From NCBI GenBank assembly GCA_051294375.1, contig CM119267.1:689601-753600 (forward strand): a stretch of 64,000 nt of DNA, in the 5' to 3' direction. Position 1 is the first letter of the stretch. Every line of letters begins with the position of its first letter. The translations under genes were made by a program, and so were the position numbers. The DNA is from Paraspadella gotoi (Eukaryota > Animalia > Chaetognatha). Under the pieces are notes generated by a model. The model was not told the origin of the DNA, made no database searches, and saw only the letters and a program-made list of their open reading frames with translations. Below, piece by piece: positions 10,054 to 22,900 of the stretch.

Positions 10054-12727
10054 CTGGGATCTCCGGGTGAAGGAGGCTATGAAGGTTGGAGATGTTGAAT
10101 CGCGACGATCTCGGCGCCGCCAGTGAATTTGTCCACTTGCTCCCTCTTCCCCACCCCAACCCACTCCCCCCCTCTATCTCTCTAATGCGCACCTCACCTT
10201 TTCACGGACTCCCAAAACATTAAAATAAAAACTAAAAATTACCTCTTCCGACTTTAATCCCTCTCGGCGACTCTCCGGCCAAATCTCCGTCTCCCGGTCA
10301 ACGTCATCATTTTTAGTCGGATCTGCTTATATAAATATATAAATATATAAATATCAGCAGATCCCGACTCTATAATTCACTTTGTCGGTCCGTCGGTCCG
10401 CCCCACCAATCATTCACTTAGATCATCTCAGAACCTCAAATTATGATAATTTATGCAAAAAAAATGGTGTCCGTCCGTCTGCCCGTCCGTCTGTCCGTTT
10501 GTCCATCCCCCCTTAGCATTATACTCCAATTACTCGTCATTGGATAGATGGATTGGAATGAAATTTTGTGTGTGGGTAGGAAAGTGTATGATTGAGTGGC
10601 CAGTCGACCAAATTATGCCAGTTGACCAAATTATGCCAGTTGATAAAATTATGCCAGTTGAGCAGATTATGCCTGTTGAGCAAATTATGTCAGTTTACCA
10701 AATTATGTCAGTTTACCAAATTATGTCACTTGACCAATTTAAGCAAGTTATCCAAATTATGCCAGTTGTCCAAATTACGCCAGTTAACAAAATTATGTCA
10801 ATTGAGCAAATTATGTCAGTTGACCAAATCATGTCAATTAACCAAATTATGCCAGTCTACCAAATTATACCAGTTGACGAAATTATGCCAGTTGACAAAA
10901 TTACGTCAATTGAGCAAATTATGCCAGTTGACTAATTATGCCAGTTGTGAAGGTGTCTCTCCTTGACGCCCACAGAGTCGCACGTTCTAGATGTTGCCCG
11001 TTCCTTGAAGAGTGACAAAGGATCTTTTCTACATGAATACTTTAATCTTTGCTGAATATTGAGTCAAATTCTGATGAATATTAAGACCCGAAAAGGTTTC
11101 CAAATATTTATTAATCAAGTATAAAAAAGTCCCGTAAAACTGTAATAAGAATGGGTGAAACGTTTTAATTGAGTCCAAAGTAAAACTAAAAACGTAGTTT
11201 CTCTCTTTTTAAATTTTGAGGTGACTAAACAAAGATATCTGACCGACAGATCAAATACGACTCAGATAGAACCAAAAATGTAAATGAGAGAGAGAGAAAA
11301 AGAGGTTAAAATGTAGGATGCGAGGCATAATATTTTACTCCAGTTGACAAATTATGCCAGTTGACCAAATTATGCCAGTTGATCAAANNNNNNNNNNNNN
11401 NNNNNNNNNNNNGAGTCTGGGATCTCCGGGTGAAGGAGGCTATGAAGTTGGAGATGTTGAATCGCGACGATCTCGGCGCCGCCAGTGAATTTGTCCACTT
11501 GCTCCCTCTTCCCCACCCAACCCACTCCCCCCTCTATCTCTCTAATGCGCACCTCACCTTTTCACGGACTCCCAAAACATTAAAATAAAAACTAAAAATT
11601 ACCTCTTCCGACTTTAATCCCTCTCGGCGACTCTCCGGCCAAATCTCCGTCTCCCGGTCAACGTCATCATTTTTAGTCGGATCTGCTTATATAAATATAT
11701 AAATATATAAATATCAGCAGATCCCGACTCTATAATTCACTTTGTCGGTCCGTCGGTCCGCCCACCAATCATTCACTTAGATCATCTCAGAACCTCAAAT
11801 TATGATAATTTATGCAAAAAAAATGGTGTCCGTCCGTCTGCCCGTCCGTCTGTCCGTTTGTCCATCCCCCTTAGCATTATACTCCAATTACTCGTCATTG
11901 GATAGATGGATTGGAATGAAATTTTGTGTGTGGTAGGAAAGTGTATGATTGAGTGGCCAGTCGACCAAATTATGCCAGTTGACCAAATTATGCCAGTTGA
12001 TAAAATTATGCCAGTTGAGCAGATTATGCCAGTTGAGCAAATTATGTCAGTTTACCAAATTATGTCAGTTTTACCAATTATGTCACTTGACCAATTTTAA
12101 GCAAGTTATCCAAATTATGCCAGTTGTCCAAATTACGCCAGTTAACAAAATTATGTCAATTGAGCAAATTATGTCAGTTGACAAATCATGTCAATTAACC
12201 AAATTATGCCAGTCTACCAAATTATACCAGTTGACGAAATATGCCAGTTGACAAAATTACGTCAATTGAGCAAATTATGCCATTGACTAATTATGCCAGT
12301 TGTGAAGGTGTCTCTCCTTGACGCCCACAGAGTCGCACGTTCTAGATGTTGCCCGTTCCTTGAAGAGTGACAAAGGATCTTTTCACATGAATACTTTAAT
12401 CTTTGCTGAATATTGAGTCAAATTCTGATGATATTAAGACCCGAAAAGTTTCCAAATATTTATTAATCAAGTATATAAAAAAGTCCCGTAAAACTGTAAT
12501 AAGAATGGGTGAAACGTTTTAATTGAGTCCAAAGTAAAACTAAAAACGTAGTTTCTCTCTTTTTAAATTTTGAGGTGACTAAACAAAGATATCTTGACCG
12601 ACAGATCAAATACGACTCAGATAGAACCAAAAATGTAAATGAGAGAGAGAGAAAAAGAGGTTAAAATGTAGGAGGCGAGGCATAATATTTCACACCAGTT
12701 GACAAATTATGCCAGTTGACCAAATTA
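10054..12727. repeat. ~1.35-kb tandem segmental duplication across an N gap (probable assembly or haplotype redundancy)
   Basis: 10054-11387 and 11417-12727 are colinear, differ mostly by 1-2 nt indels and are separated by Ns. Confidence 0.8.
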
Positions 12728-13157
12728 TACCACTTGACCAAATTACGTCAATTGACCAAATTATTCCAGTCTATCAAATTTTGCAAGTTAATCAAATTAC
12801 GCCAGTTGAAAAAATTATGTCAGCTGACCAAATTATGCCAGTTGACCAAATTATGCCAGTTGACCAAATAATGCAAGTTGATTAAATTATGCCAGTTGAC
12901 CAAATAATGCAAAATTACCAATTATGCAAAATTACCAAAATTATGCAAGTAGGTATTGGCGAGGCCACTGGTAATGATTGATAGATCATTTAATTTATAG
13001 ATTTATTAAGAAGTCTGTTATGATTTGTTATGTTACGATGTATTGTGATTTGATAAGATCACAAATTAAAAGTCAGAAAAAAATACCGTGATTTATCATC
13101 AGTTTATTACCGCTTAATTATCGTAGGCAGATCCGACATTGTTTGCTCAAACTTGTT
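10310..13157 (+). mobile_element. Helentron-associated non-autonomous element (HINE/DINE-1-like) with internal 18-bp minisatellite
   Basis: 5' ttttAGTCGGATCTGC with nearby inverted copy GCAGATCCCGAC; (GTCC/GTCT)n microsatellite; gttgaccaaattatgcca arrays; 3' GCAGATCCGAC followed by hairpin gtttg-ctc-aaac and a T-run. This is the DINE-1/HINE architecture. Confidence 0.7.
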
Positions 13158-13815
13158 TACCTGAAAGTAACTTAAAGACTAAAGTTTTGAACCCTCGCCC
13201 CTTTTGAATTTAACTTAATAGTAGATCTCTACCTATGGAAAAGTCGTACATCCATCCACTGCCGCCGGGGAGAAGTAATGTGCAAGGATAAACGACATTT
13301 GATTTTATACAGCAACTAAGAAACCACTAATTGTCAGTTATTTTAAAATTATTGTAGTTTCATCAGCGGTAAGCAGCTGATCATATAATTAATTAATTCA
13401 TTAATGTAGTTTGTTTATTGTTTATTGTTTGTTTATTGTTCACTGAAGGTATGTTGTTCATAATTGACTATTAGAATTTTCGTACGTAACTTTCACTACG
13501 CTTTATTATTCATCTCTTCATTCTTTTCTGTATTATTAATACTATTAATCTTATTATTCAATATTTATTCTTGTCTGATTCAGAGTCTGAATTCGATAAG
13601 AAAATTTAACATCGCGGTCCCTGATTTGTCAGATTTTCGTGACGAGAGAGAGAGCCAATCAAAACTCATTTGATCTTGGATGAGACATCGCCAACTGGTT
13701 TAATGTTGTTTAATCCTTTCCAAGATTTACGCCTCGTTAAAACTTTTATCTACAGACAGAAGAATAATTACTTAGACGGAAATCGTTTTAAGAATTAAAT
13801 TTTGGCAATTCTCTC

Positions 13816-13862
<47 letters not shown>

Positions 13863-13921
13863 GCACATAATTAATCATTTTGCTCTTTTTATTTTAAAGA
13901 AAATCATTGATTGACCCAAAA

Positions 13922-16900
13922 ATGTCTGTTATCAAACGACCACTCCAGCGACTGGTTCACTTCTCTTTAACTCCCCTCTCTTCACTCATGGCCTGCTCCT
14001 CTTCTACTGTACGTCGCTCCACCACGGCCGCGACCCTTAACTCCGCTCCACCAGAGCCCGAACCGGCTTATGGATTCGACGTTTCAGAATTAGCGACAGC
14101 AAAGCCTTTGTCCTCTATGCCGGGGCCGCGGACCGTGCCCTTTATGGGCTCTGCACTCGCCTTTCGCCCCATCGGAGAACTAGATCCTTTTGAGGCAATC
14201 TCAAGGTTCTCTGATGTTAACTTACTGAGTAGCCTTACCTAAAATTTTAAAATACAGATAACGTCTATGCAATATAATGAAAATAAATTAGATATTTATT
14301 TAATTTGAAAAAAAATGTATTTGTTTTAAAAAATTTACTGAGTAATAATATATGTAGCTTATTCTTATAGGGCCGTGTTATCATTACAAAATGCCCACTG
14401 GTAACAAAAGCGCCACTGTCGTCAGAAAAGTCGCGGGTACGAATCCCATGATTATTTTTTTGATTTACTACATATATGACACAATGAAAAATGGCGTAGC
14501 GTAACGGTTGCAGGCGTAAAATAAAATTCACTGTTCGATATTATGATATTCGATTGAATTTTGTAAAACGTTATATTTTCATATAATTATGAAAGTTGGA
14601 AAATGACTCGTTTCACTCTCTTTATTTTTTTAGATATTTAAATACAATATTATTTATCAATGTTTGGGATGGGGAGAGTAGTGTTGTCTTCTGGAAATAG
14701 AGGCCGAACATAAATTGGGAATGAAAAATTTGGGGGGGGGATTAAGGTTATATTGTATGATTTTATCATAAGGATAAGACCACATTGTAGAATTTTATGT
14801 TCTGATAGGGATACATACTGGGAAAAGTTGTATAGGGGCACCTATTATATTTCAAATGTAATATTAAAGTATATGTTAAAATATTTTTGAGATTTTAATG
14901 TTTTTTTAAGTTTCCTTTTAGTCCGATCTGCTTATCAGCAGATCCCGACTCTATAATTCATTTGTCGGTCCGTCGGTCTGTAAATGCAAGATATATTAAT
15001 TAATCAAAAAATTAATCAGTTAATTAATCAATTAATAAATTAATTAATAAATAATTAATTAATCGGTCAATTAATCAATCAATTAATTATTTAATCAATT
15101 AATTTTTTTAGTTATCTATTAATTAAATATTCAATCAATCAATTTATTTATAAATTAATTAATTTTTTAATCAATTAATCAATCAAACAAGTCAATCATT
15201 ATCGGCATTATTGTCGTCGTCGCCATCATCGTCGTAGTTGCTTTTTTCGTGGTGAGTGACGAAAAGACCTAAAAACAAACATTTCGGATCAAATTAATTA
15301 AATTGTTAAAGAAATTATTATTTTAGTTTATATAGTTTGTATTAATTGATTAAATAATTACCGCTCATGATCGTTGGCAGATCCGACATTGTTTGCTCAA
15401 ACTTGTTTTTTCATAATTTATCATAATTCGATATTCTGACATGATATATGTGAATGCCCGACAAGATTGAGGGGGCGGACCGACGGACCTACAAAGTGAA
15501 TTATAGAGTCGGGATCTGCTTATAAGCAGATCCGACTAAAAAAACAACAAAGTTAATTAAGAATCTAATGTCTACAAATAATTTGATCACATTTTAAATT
15601 ATTGGTTTTCAGAGGAACTTTAATGGAAAAAAGATACGGAAAAATAATTCGAACTCATTTTCCTCTTCTGGGAATGAAAAATGTGGTGACATTACTTGAC
15701 CCAGCAGATTGTGAAATTGTCTACAGAAACGAAGGTGGTTCATTTTTAGAATTTATTGTTAACTGTAATAGATTGATAATGTTTTTTAATAATCAATGAT
15801 TGAAAATTAATGATAGATAACGCCTTTATGACTAAATTGCTAATGATGATTTTCCAGGCAAATACCCGCGCCGGCCGCCTTCTCCTGTTCTTCAAATCTA
15901 CAGAGATGAGAACAAGCAAAGTCGCGGTCTTTTTCTTTCTAATGATTCCGAGTGGTGGCGTTTTCGTCAGCCTCTAAACAAGACAATGATGAGAGCTAAT
16001 GCCGCTTATCCCTATTTGGATATTCAGTCTCCGGTTGGAGACGAGTTGGTCCAGACAATTGGAATGGAAGTGGACAAGAGAAATGGGAAATATCCTGAAG
16101 TCATGGAGGTAAAAATTATAGTTAAATTATTATTAATTGAAAAAAATGATTTTAAGGCCTAATAAGTAGAACTGCATTATGAGAACATATTTGTATCTTT
16201 ATTTTTAAGAAATAATCCGTTCGAAAGTACTAATTGATTAATCTTTTTTTTTTAATTATAATTTTTACTTATAATTCAATAAAGAAAAATCGTAGAAAGT
16301 TGGGAGAGGTCTCTAACTAAAGCTTATGGTTTGTAGATAATGAAAGACATATAGACATTAAAATTGTAAGCATATTCACTAAAACTACTAAATCATTTTT
16401 ATACCAAATTTTTAAAAACTTTAATTAGCATTTAAAAAAAATTCTGCTCATGGGACTATTGAGTAGATTTTAAGATTTTATAGGTTTCAGAGATGCCACT
16501 TTTTTGTTTCTTTCATATCCTTTCTGCCTTACCGTAAATATGGACTCCAGTGCTTTTGTGTCAAAATGCAAAAATACTGATACTAATACTGATACTAATA
16601 CTAATACTGATACTGATACACTGAAAGACGATTTATGAAATTGGTACAACCAATATAAAAAAAATATATAAAATAAACAATGTATATACAGTGAGTGAAT
16701 ATAACAATGGAAATAATAAGAGTTAAAAATCAACATCATAACAAGTTTGAGTAAACAATGTCGGATCTGCCTACGATAATTAAGCGGTAATAAGCTAATC
16801 CGATGATAAATCACGATAATTCTTTCTAACTTTCAATTTGTGATCTTAACAGATCATAACTAATCATAACATAACTGACTTCTTTATAAATCCATGAAAA

Positions 16901-19900
16901 AAAACTACGTATAATTCAATTGATCTATCAACCATTACCAGTAGCTGCGCCAATACCAACTTGCATAATTTGGTAATTTTGCATAATTTGGTCAACTTGC
17001 ATAATTTATTCAATTTCCTTTATTTGGTCAACAGGCATAATTTGGTCATCTGAGATAATATGGTTAACAGGCATAATTTGGTCAACTGGCACAATTTGGT
17101 AAACTTGCAGAATTAGGTCACTTGAATAATCAATCATTCAGAGAGCGATAGAGAGAGAGAAACTTTTAAAAATTCAAAAAATGTGTCTTTGGGTTTTCTA
17201 ATTTAAACTCGTTTCCTCTTGGATGATTCTATCAAAACTAAAGCACACACTTTCCTACCCACATACAAAATTTAATTTCAATTTATCTATCCAATTTTTA
17301 ATCAATTTAATAATTATTAGTAAAAATAGTTCAAGTAAATATGAATTTTGTTTTTTCCATTCAAACTCATTTCCACTTGCACGATTCCATTGAAATTTTA
17401 TAATTGGTTGAATGGCATAATTTGGTCAATTGACGTAATTTGGTCAATGGCATAATTTGGTCAACTGGCATAATTTGGAGAACTTGCTTAAATTGTTCAA
17501 ATGACATAATTTGTTCAACTGATGTAATTTGGTCATCTGACATAATTTGCTCAACCGGCATAATTTGCTCAACCGCCATAATTTGGTTAACCAGCCTAAT
17601 TTGGTCAACTGGCATAATTTTATCAACTAGCATAATTTGGTCAACTTGCAGAATTTGGTCACTTGAATAACTTGGTCAACTGGCATAATTTAGTCAACTT
17701 GCAACCAATCCATCAATCAATCAATCAGAGAGAGAAGAGAGAATTTTTTTAAAAATTCAAATAAATGTGGGTAGGGTATTGCACAAAAATTTAAAAATAC
17801 AGATTTTTTTCATTTCGATGGTTTTAAACCTTATATTAGGCCTAAGTTAATATCGTTAATTCAAAGTTTGACTTTTAAATATTTGATTTACGCCAACTAT
17901 TTACGTCAATTTGGAGTAACGTTTCTGCCTCCTTACTACTGTCAAGGATATTCAACCAAAATTTGAAAAACGCTTTTTTCTAATTAAGAATACATTGTAG
18001 TATTGGATTCAGATTTTGATTTCTTTTTTTTTTACGTGTTGTTGGCGCTGGTGGCGTAAAAACAACGCCAACTTTTTTTCATTTTCCAAATAAAGCTACT
18101 AAGTTAAGATGCTTTGGCGTAGAATGGCGTAAATTGACGTAAAACTGCGCCACTTTATCCCCTCATCTCTTTCCTTTCCTCCTTTTCTTTTCTCTTTTAT
18201 TTTTATACCAATCTCCGATCTAAAGTCGATTACTTTTCGGTTTTGATTCTTTTAAGGGGACCAAGTGAACAGGGGGTAGGTAAAGCTGAAACATAACGTT
18301 TGACCCTTTAACTTAAGCTGGTTCTGATCATATAAATTTTTTCTTCTATAATCATTTGGGAAAGTAGTTAAAAAATTCGATAAAATCAGCGAGCTTAATT
18401 TTCTTTAAAAAATCGTAAGAAGAAAATCTTTTTCAAGTTTAAAATTTTTTTTTTCCAAAAAAGGGTAAGATCTAATTTTAAAAAGATTTTCAGCTTTTAT
18501 CATAAAAATTTATAAGAAAAAAAAACTAGGAATGAATCAAAATTTAAGGTATCGACTGATTTTTATTTAAACTTTCTTTTCAAATGATTCTGTTAATTGG
18601 ATGAAAATAAAACTCTTTGAAGTAATATAAATATATAAAGAAGAGAAAGATTCTGTACTTTGCTAAATTTTTAATTGTTATAATTAGGAATCAATATAGT
18701 TTAATTATACATTTAAGGGATGAATATGAATATTAATTAATAATTATTACAGTTTTGTTTCTGTAAGAATAGAATTTAGGTTTGATTTGTCTGCTTTTAA
18801 GTAAAATAAAAATAAAAAAATATTAGTCTTGTAAAGCCTTTGTTCAATGAGGCTTAAACCTAAAATTATAGCTTTGTACAGTAAAAAATAAAAAATTGGA
18901 ATTTAGTAAAAAATACTTTCTAATGCAAAATAAAATAATGGATTATATAAATATTTAGGTAGGGTTCAACTAAATTTTTTTTTCATAATTATTAAATTTT
19001 TGTTTCTGCTAGAATAAGAGATAGGAATTTTTTTGCCACTTTCCCATGCAAAGAAAAATTAATGACTATCACCATTCAAATTCCCTTTGATGATAGACCC
19101 TTAAGCTTATGATATCATTTTTATCACTGGGTCCCCTTAAAATCAAAGAAAAACGAAACCGAAAATAAAACTCAAATCATAGATAAAAAGAAACAAAGAT
19201 ATACCACGTAAAAGTCAGTGGACCAATTTTATTAAAAGTATCAGAAATTGTGGACAACAATGGTCCTTGAGGTTTATATTTGAACTTAGTTAAAAAAAAG
19301 ACTATGAATAAAGATATTACCCATTATAATAATTATAGGTATCATGTATATTTAGCAAAGGAGGAATTGTTGTAGGCAGAAAAAGGCATGATAAATCTTA
19401 AGATCATAATAAATATATTATATCAGTTTCATACATATTGATGATTCATAGGCCTTAATATACAATAGGAAAGATGATATAAAATTACTATCGCCAGAAC
19501 TGCTGCTGGCGCATTTTTGCGCATCATTTTTGGGAATCAATAATGATCAATATGTTGAGAGAAAACCCATTTGCATCTCCTGTAACCAGAGGTTTTGCGA
19601 GGAAAGCCTAGTTTTTGCGCAACAATAAAAATAAATATTGCTTTCTGTACTATTCCAATATTTTCTTATTTGAAAGATTCTTTTTCGGTTTTTAGTTAGA
19701 CTTACCCTTACAGTACAGTAACTTTTTTCTTTACTCGATAAAACTGAGGGAGTTGGATATCTCTCAAACTTGGAGTTGGAATCAGCTCAGCTATGAGTAA
19801 TAGATGCAGGAAGGTGAGCTTGTGTCCCCATCGGAGGGATTTTTAAAAATTCAAAAAAATTGCGCTCAGCACCCTAAAAATTTTTTTTACAATATTTGCT

Positions 19901-22900
19901 CTAGCGCAGTTATTAATGAAGCTTGCTCCTATCATTTTTTGCTCATAAATACTCCGAGACGAGACCTACATAATGATGTTATTAAATTTTTAAATTAATT
20001 TTTATTTTTTGGTTTTAATAATTAATTTAGTCAAAAATAAATATTCAAAAGTATTCTGAAAATATCCAAGGTAATTGATTCCTTTTTTATACAAAATGAT
20101 ACATTGAACAAGAGCAGTTTTAATAAATAAAAAATAAAATTTTAAAAAATTATTTTAAATACCAAAATATTTTTCCAATATTTATAAAAATATATTATAG
20201 TCTTAAACTAATTAAAATATTTAAAAACTATAAAGGGTTTTGAAAGCGGACATCATGCTGATTCCAAATCTATTTTTGTTTTTAAAATTTGATTTTCTTG
20301 TTCTTGTTTTACAGACTCATACATTTGTAAAAATTAAGAAAATCATCCCTTTTTCAAAACCTTATAAAAATGATAGGGTCCATGTATTGAAAAAAAATTA
20401 AAATTAACTTTGAAAATGTAATATCTACTTGCTATCAAAATTTTAAAATGAGAGAATAAGTATTTGCCAAGATATCAAGGGAAGAAGTGTCATTATTTAT
20501 ATTTTTTTATTGAAAAAAAGAATAAGATTTTTTTTTAATAGACAATTGAAGCGTTCTCTCATGGCCGAAGCAGCTGAGGCAGAGGTTCTTCGAAGACTAG
20601 GATTTAGTAAGGACTTAAATTTTTTTGCAATATTGAGGACAACCTCACAACATTTTGAGTTTCACTATCTTTTTTTTACTAACATTGTACAATCAAAGTC
20701 AGAGTTCTAATGCAGACATAAGAGTAGACCTTTCCATGCATGAAAGTTTTTAAATCAAAAAACGAGTATTGTAAGGTGCCCATACATCATATGAATTTTT
20801 GAATATTTTTTTCAAATAGATTTTTACAGTAAATGCTGCTAACTCTGAAAAAAAAAAATATGCTAAAAATTGACTTTTTATTAAATATCTTTTAAAGCTT
20901 TATTACTACAGGTAGAACCCAATCTATCTTGTAGTAGGGGTAGTCCCACTCAATGGAATGCACTTTTCTTAAAATCTAAAAAGCATAAGGATCGTCGCAA
21001 TTGCAGAGAGAGAGAGAGAGAGAGGAGAAGAAATCGTTTTCGGACGAATCACGAAGAGAGCGCATTCTAACTATTTTGGGCAGTTAGGGATTTTTACATT
21101 TTTCCTCAAATTAATCTTTAGTTTCAAAAAATCGGTGACGTCGAATCTCTTACGGCGCCTCAAGAACGGTAGTGAAGGTTTCAGTAACTAACAACTCAAA
21201 TAAACAAATATTGACGACGCCGTAAGCAGCGCTAGTACGACTATGCAGTGCAATACAGCTATTCAGTAAACGTACGACTATTCTTTACAGAGAGAGAGAA
21301 GGAACATAAAAAATATTTGTTTGTTTTTTTTGTTTTTAGTCGGATCTGCTTATCAGCAGATCCGATCTATAATTCACTAATGGAAAAAACAAAAAAATAT
21401 GATTCACTATTTGAACACCATTGCTCATGAGTGGATGGGGCGATTGACCTGGAATTTTGTATGTGAGTAGAAAGTGTGTGATTGAACCGGAAACCAAGTT
21501 TCGATGGAATTTTTGAGTGAAATAAGTTTAAATGGAAAAAAAACAAAAACCTGTTTCACTAATTGAATATGATTCTTTTTCCTTTATATTAAATGTTATA
21601 TGCAGGATGTATTAATAAATCAAATAATTAATCAGTTAATTAATCAATTAGTCAATTAATTAATCAATAATTAATTAATCAGTCAATCAATCCGTCCATC
21701 CATCCCACCTTAGCAAAAAGCTCCAATAACTCATGATTGGTTGGTTGGATTGGAATGAGTTTTTGTGTGTGGGTAGGAAAGTGTGTGATAAAGCTGGATA
21801 TAAAGTTTCGACGGAATCGTATGAGTGGAAATGAGTTTAGTGGAAATAACATAAGTCGCATTTACTAAAATATTTTACTTATTTTAACCATAAGTACTCT
21901 AATTAATCATAATTGGATGGATAGATTGAGTTCAAATTTTTGTGTGGGTAGAAAATGTGTAACGATGCTTGATATAAAGTTTCGGTGGAAACGTACCAGT
22001 GGAAATGGAGTTTAAATGAAAAAAAATATGAGTCACATTTACTTGAATCTTTTTACTTATTTTAACCCATAATAGATTGAGATGAATTTTGTGAGTGGTA
22101 GGAAAGTGTGTGAAAAAGCTAGATATAAAGTTTTGACGGATTTGTGCCAGTGGAAATGAGTTTAAATGGAAAAAACATAAGTCACATTTACTTGAATCTA
22201 TATTATTTATGATTACTAATTTATGATTACTAATAAATGTTTGAATTAATTAATTAATTAATTAATGTGAAAAAATGATGCAATTTAAAAAATTATGCAA
22301 GTTGAAAAATGATGCAAGCAGAAAAATAATGCAAGTTAAAAAAAAATCCTAAAGCATAAGATCGTCGCAATTGCAAAGAAGAGAGAGGGAGAGAGAGAGA
22401 GACCGCGAATTCCCCAAGAGAGCAGAAAAATGGAGCATAAGGATCGTCGCAATTGCAAAGAGAGAGAGAGAAGAGGAGAGAGAGTCCGAGATAAAAATTA
22501 GCAAATAAAAAGTTGTTATTTTACTCACTGAATAAAAATACTTAAAATACTTACAAAATACATAAAATTGATAAAATTATTATTCCGATAACATGCATTT
22601 ATCTCACGGTAGGGAAGAGGGGATGTGAAAGAAACAAAAAAAGTGCCATCTCTGAAACCTATAAAATCTTAAAGTATACCCATGAGACACTTAATGTGGT
22701 AGGTCAGTAAAATTCGATAAAGGCAGGTTTTTTTTAAATGCTCATTAAAGTTTTTTTTAATTTTTTATAAAAAATTTTAAGTAGTTTATGGATATGCTTA
22801 CAATTTGAATGTCTATATGTCTGTCATTATCTTACAAAGCTCTCTCTCTCTCTCACTCATACATGTATTTGTTGGTTTTTATTTACGATGAATGACTCAT

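Noticed and set aside
5425-10260. Possible exons of an unknown plus-strand gene around the LTR element (5585-5637, 9771-9864) and a GC-rich stretch at 9950-10260
   Set aside because: Splice-like sites exist, but there is no consistent start, a plausible intron would be only 27 nt, and no homology is recognisable.
10600-10947. CRISPR-like appearance of short regular repeats (also 58289-58643, 4672-5425)
   Set aside because: Head-to-tail repeats without unique spacers, a eukaryotic context and no cas genes.
10453-12251. ORFs with QIMPVD / TKLCQL hexapeptide repeats (also 17367-17633)
   Set aside because: They are translations of the 18-bp minisatellite inside HINE-like elements, open in several frames and on both strands.
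10054-12727. Biological tandem duplication
   Set aside because: The copies flank an N gap and differ by scattered single-base indels, typical of an unmerged contig overlap.
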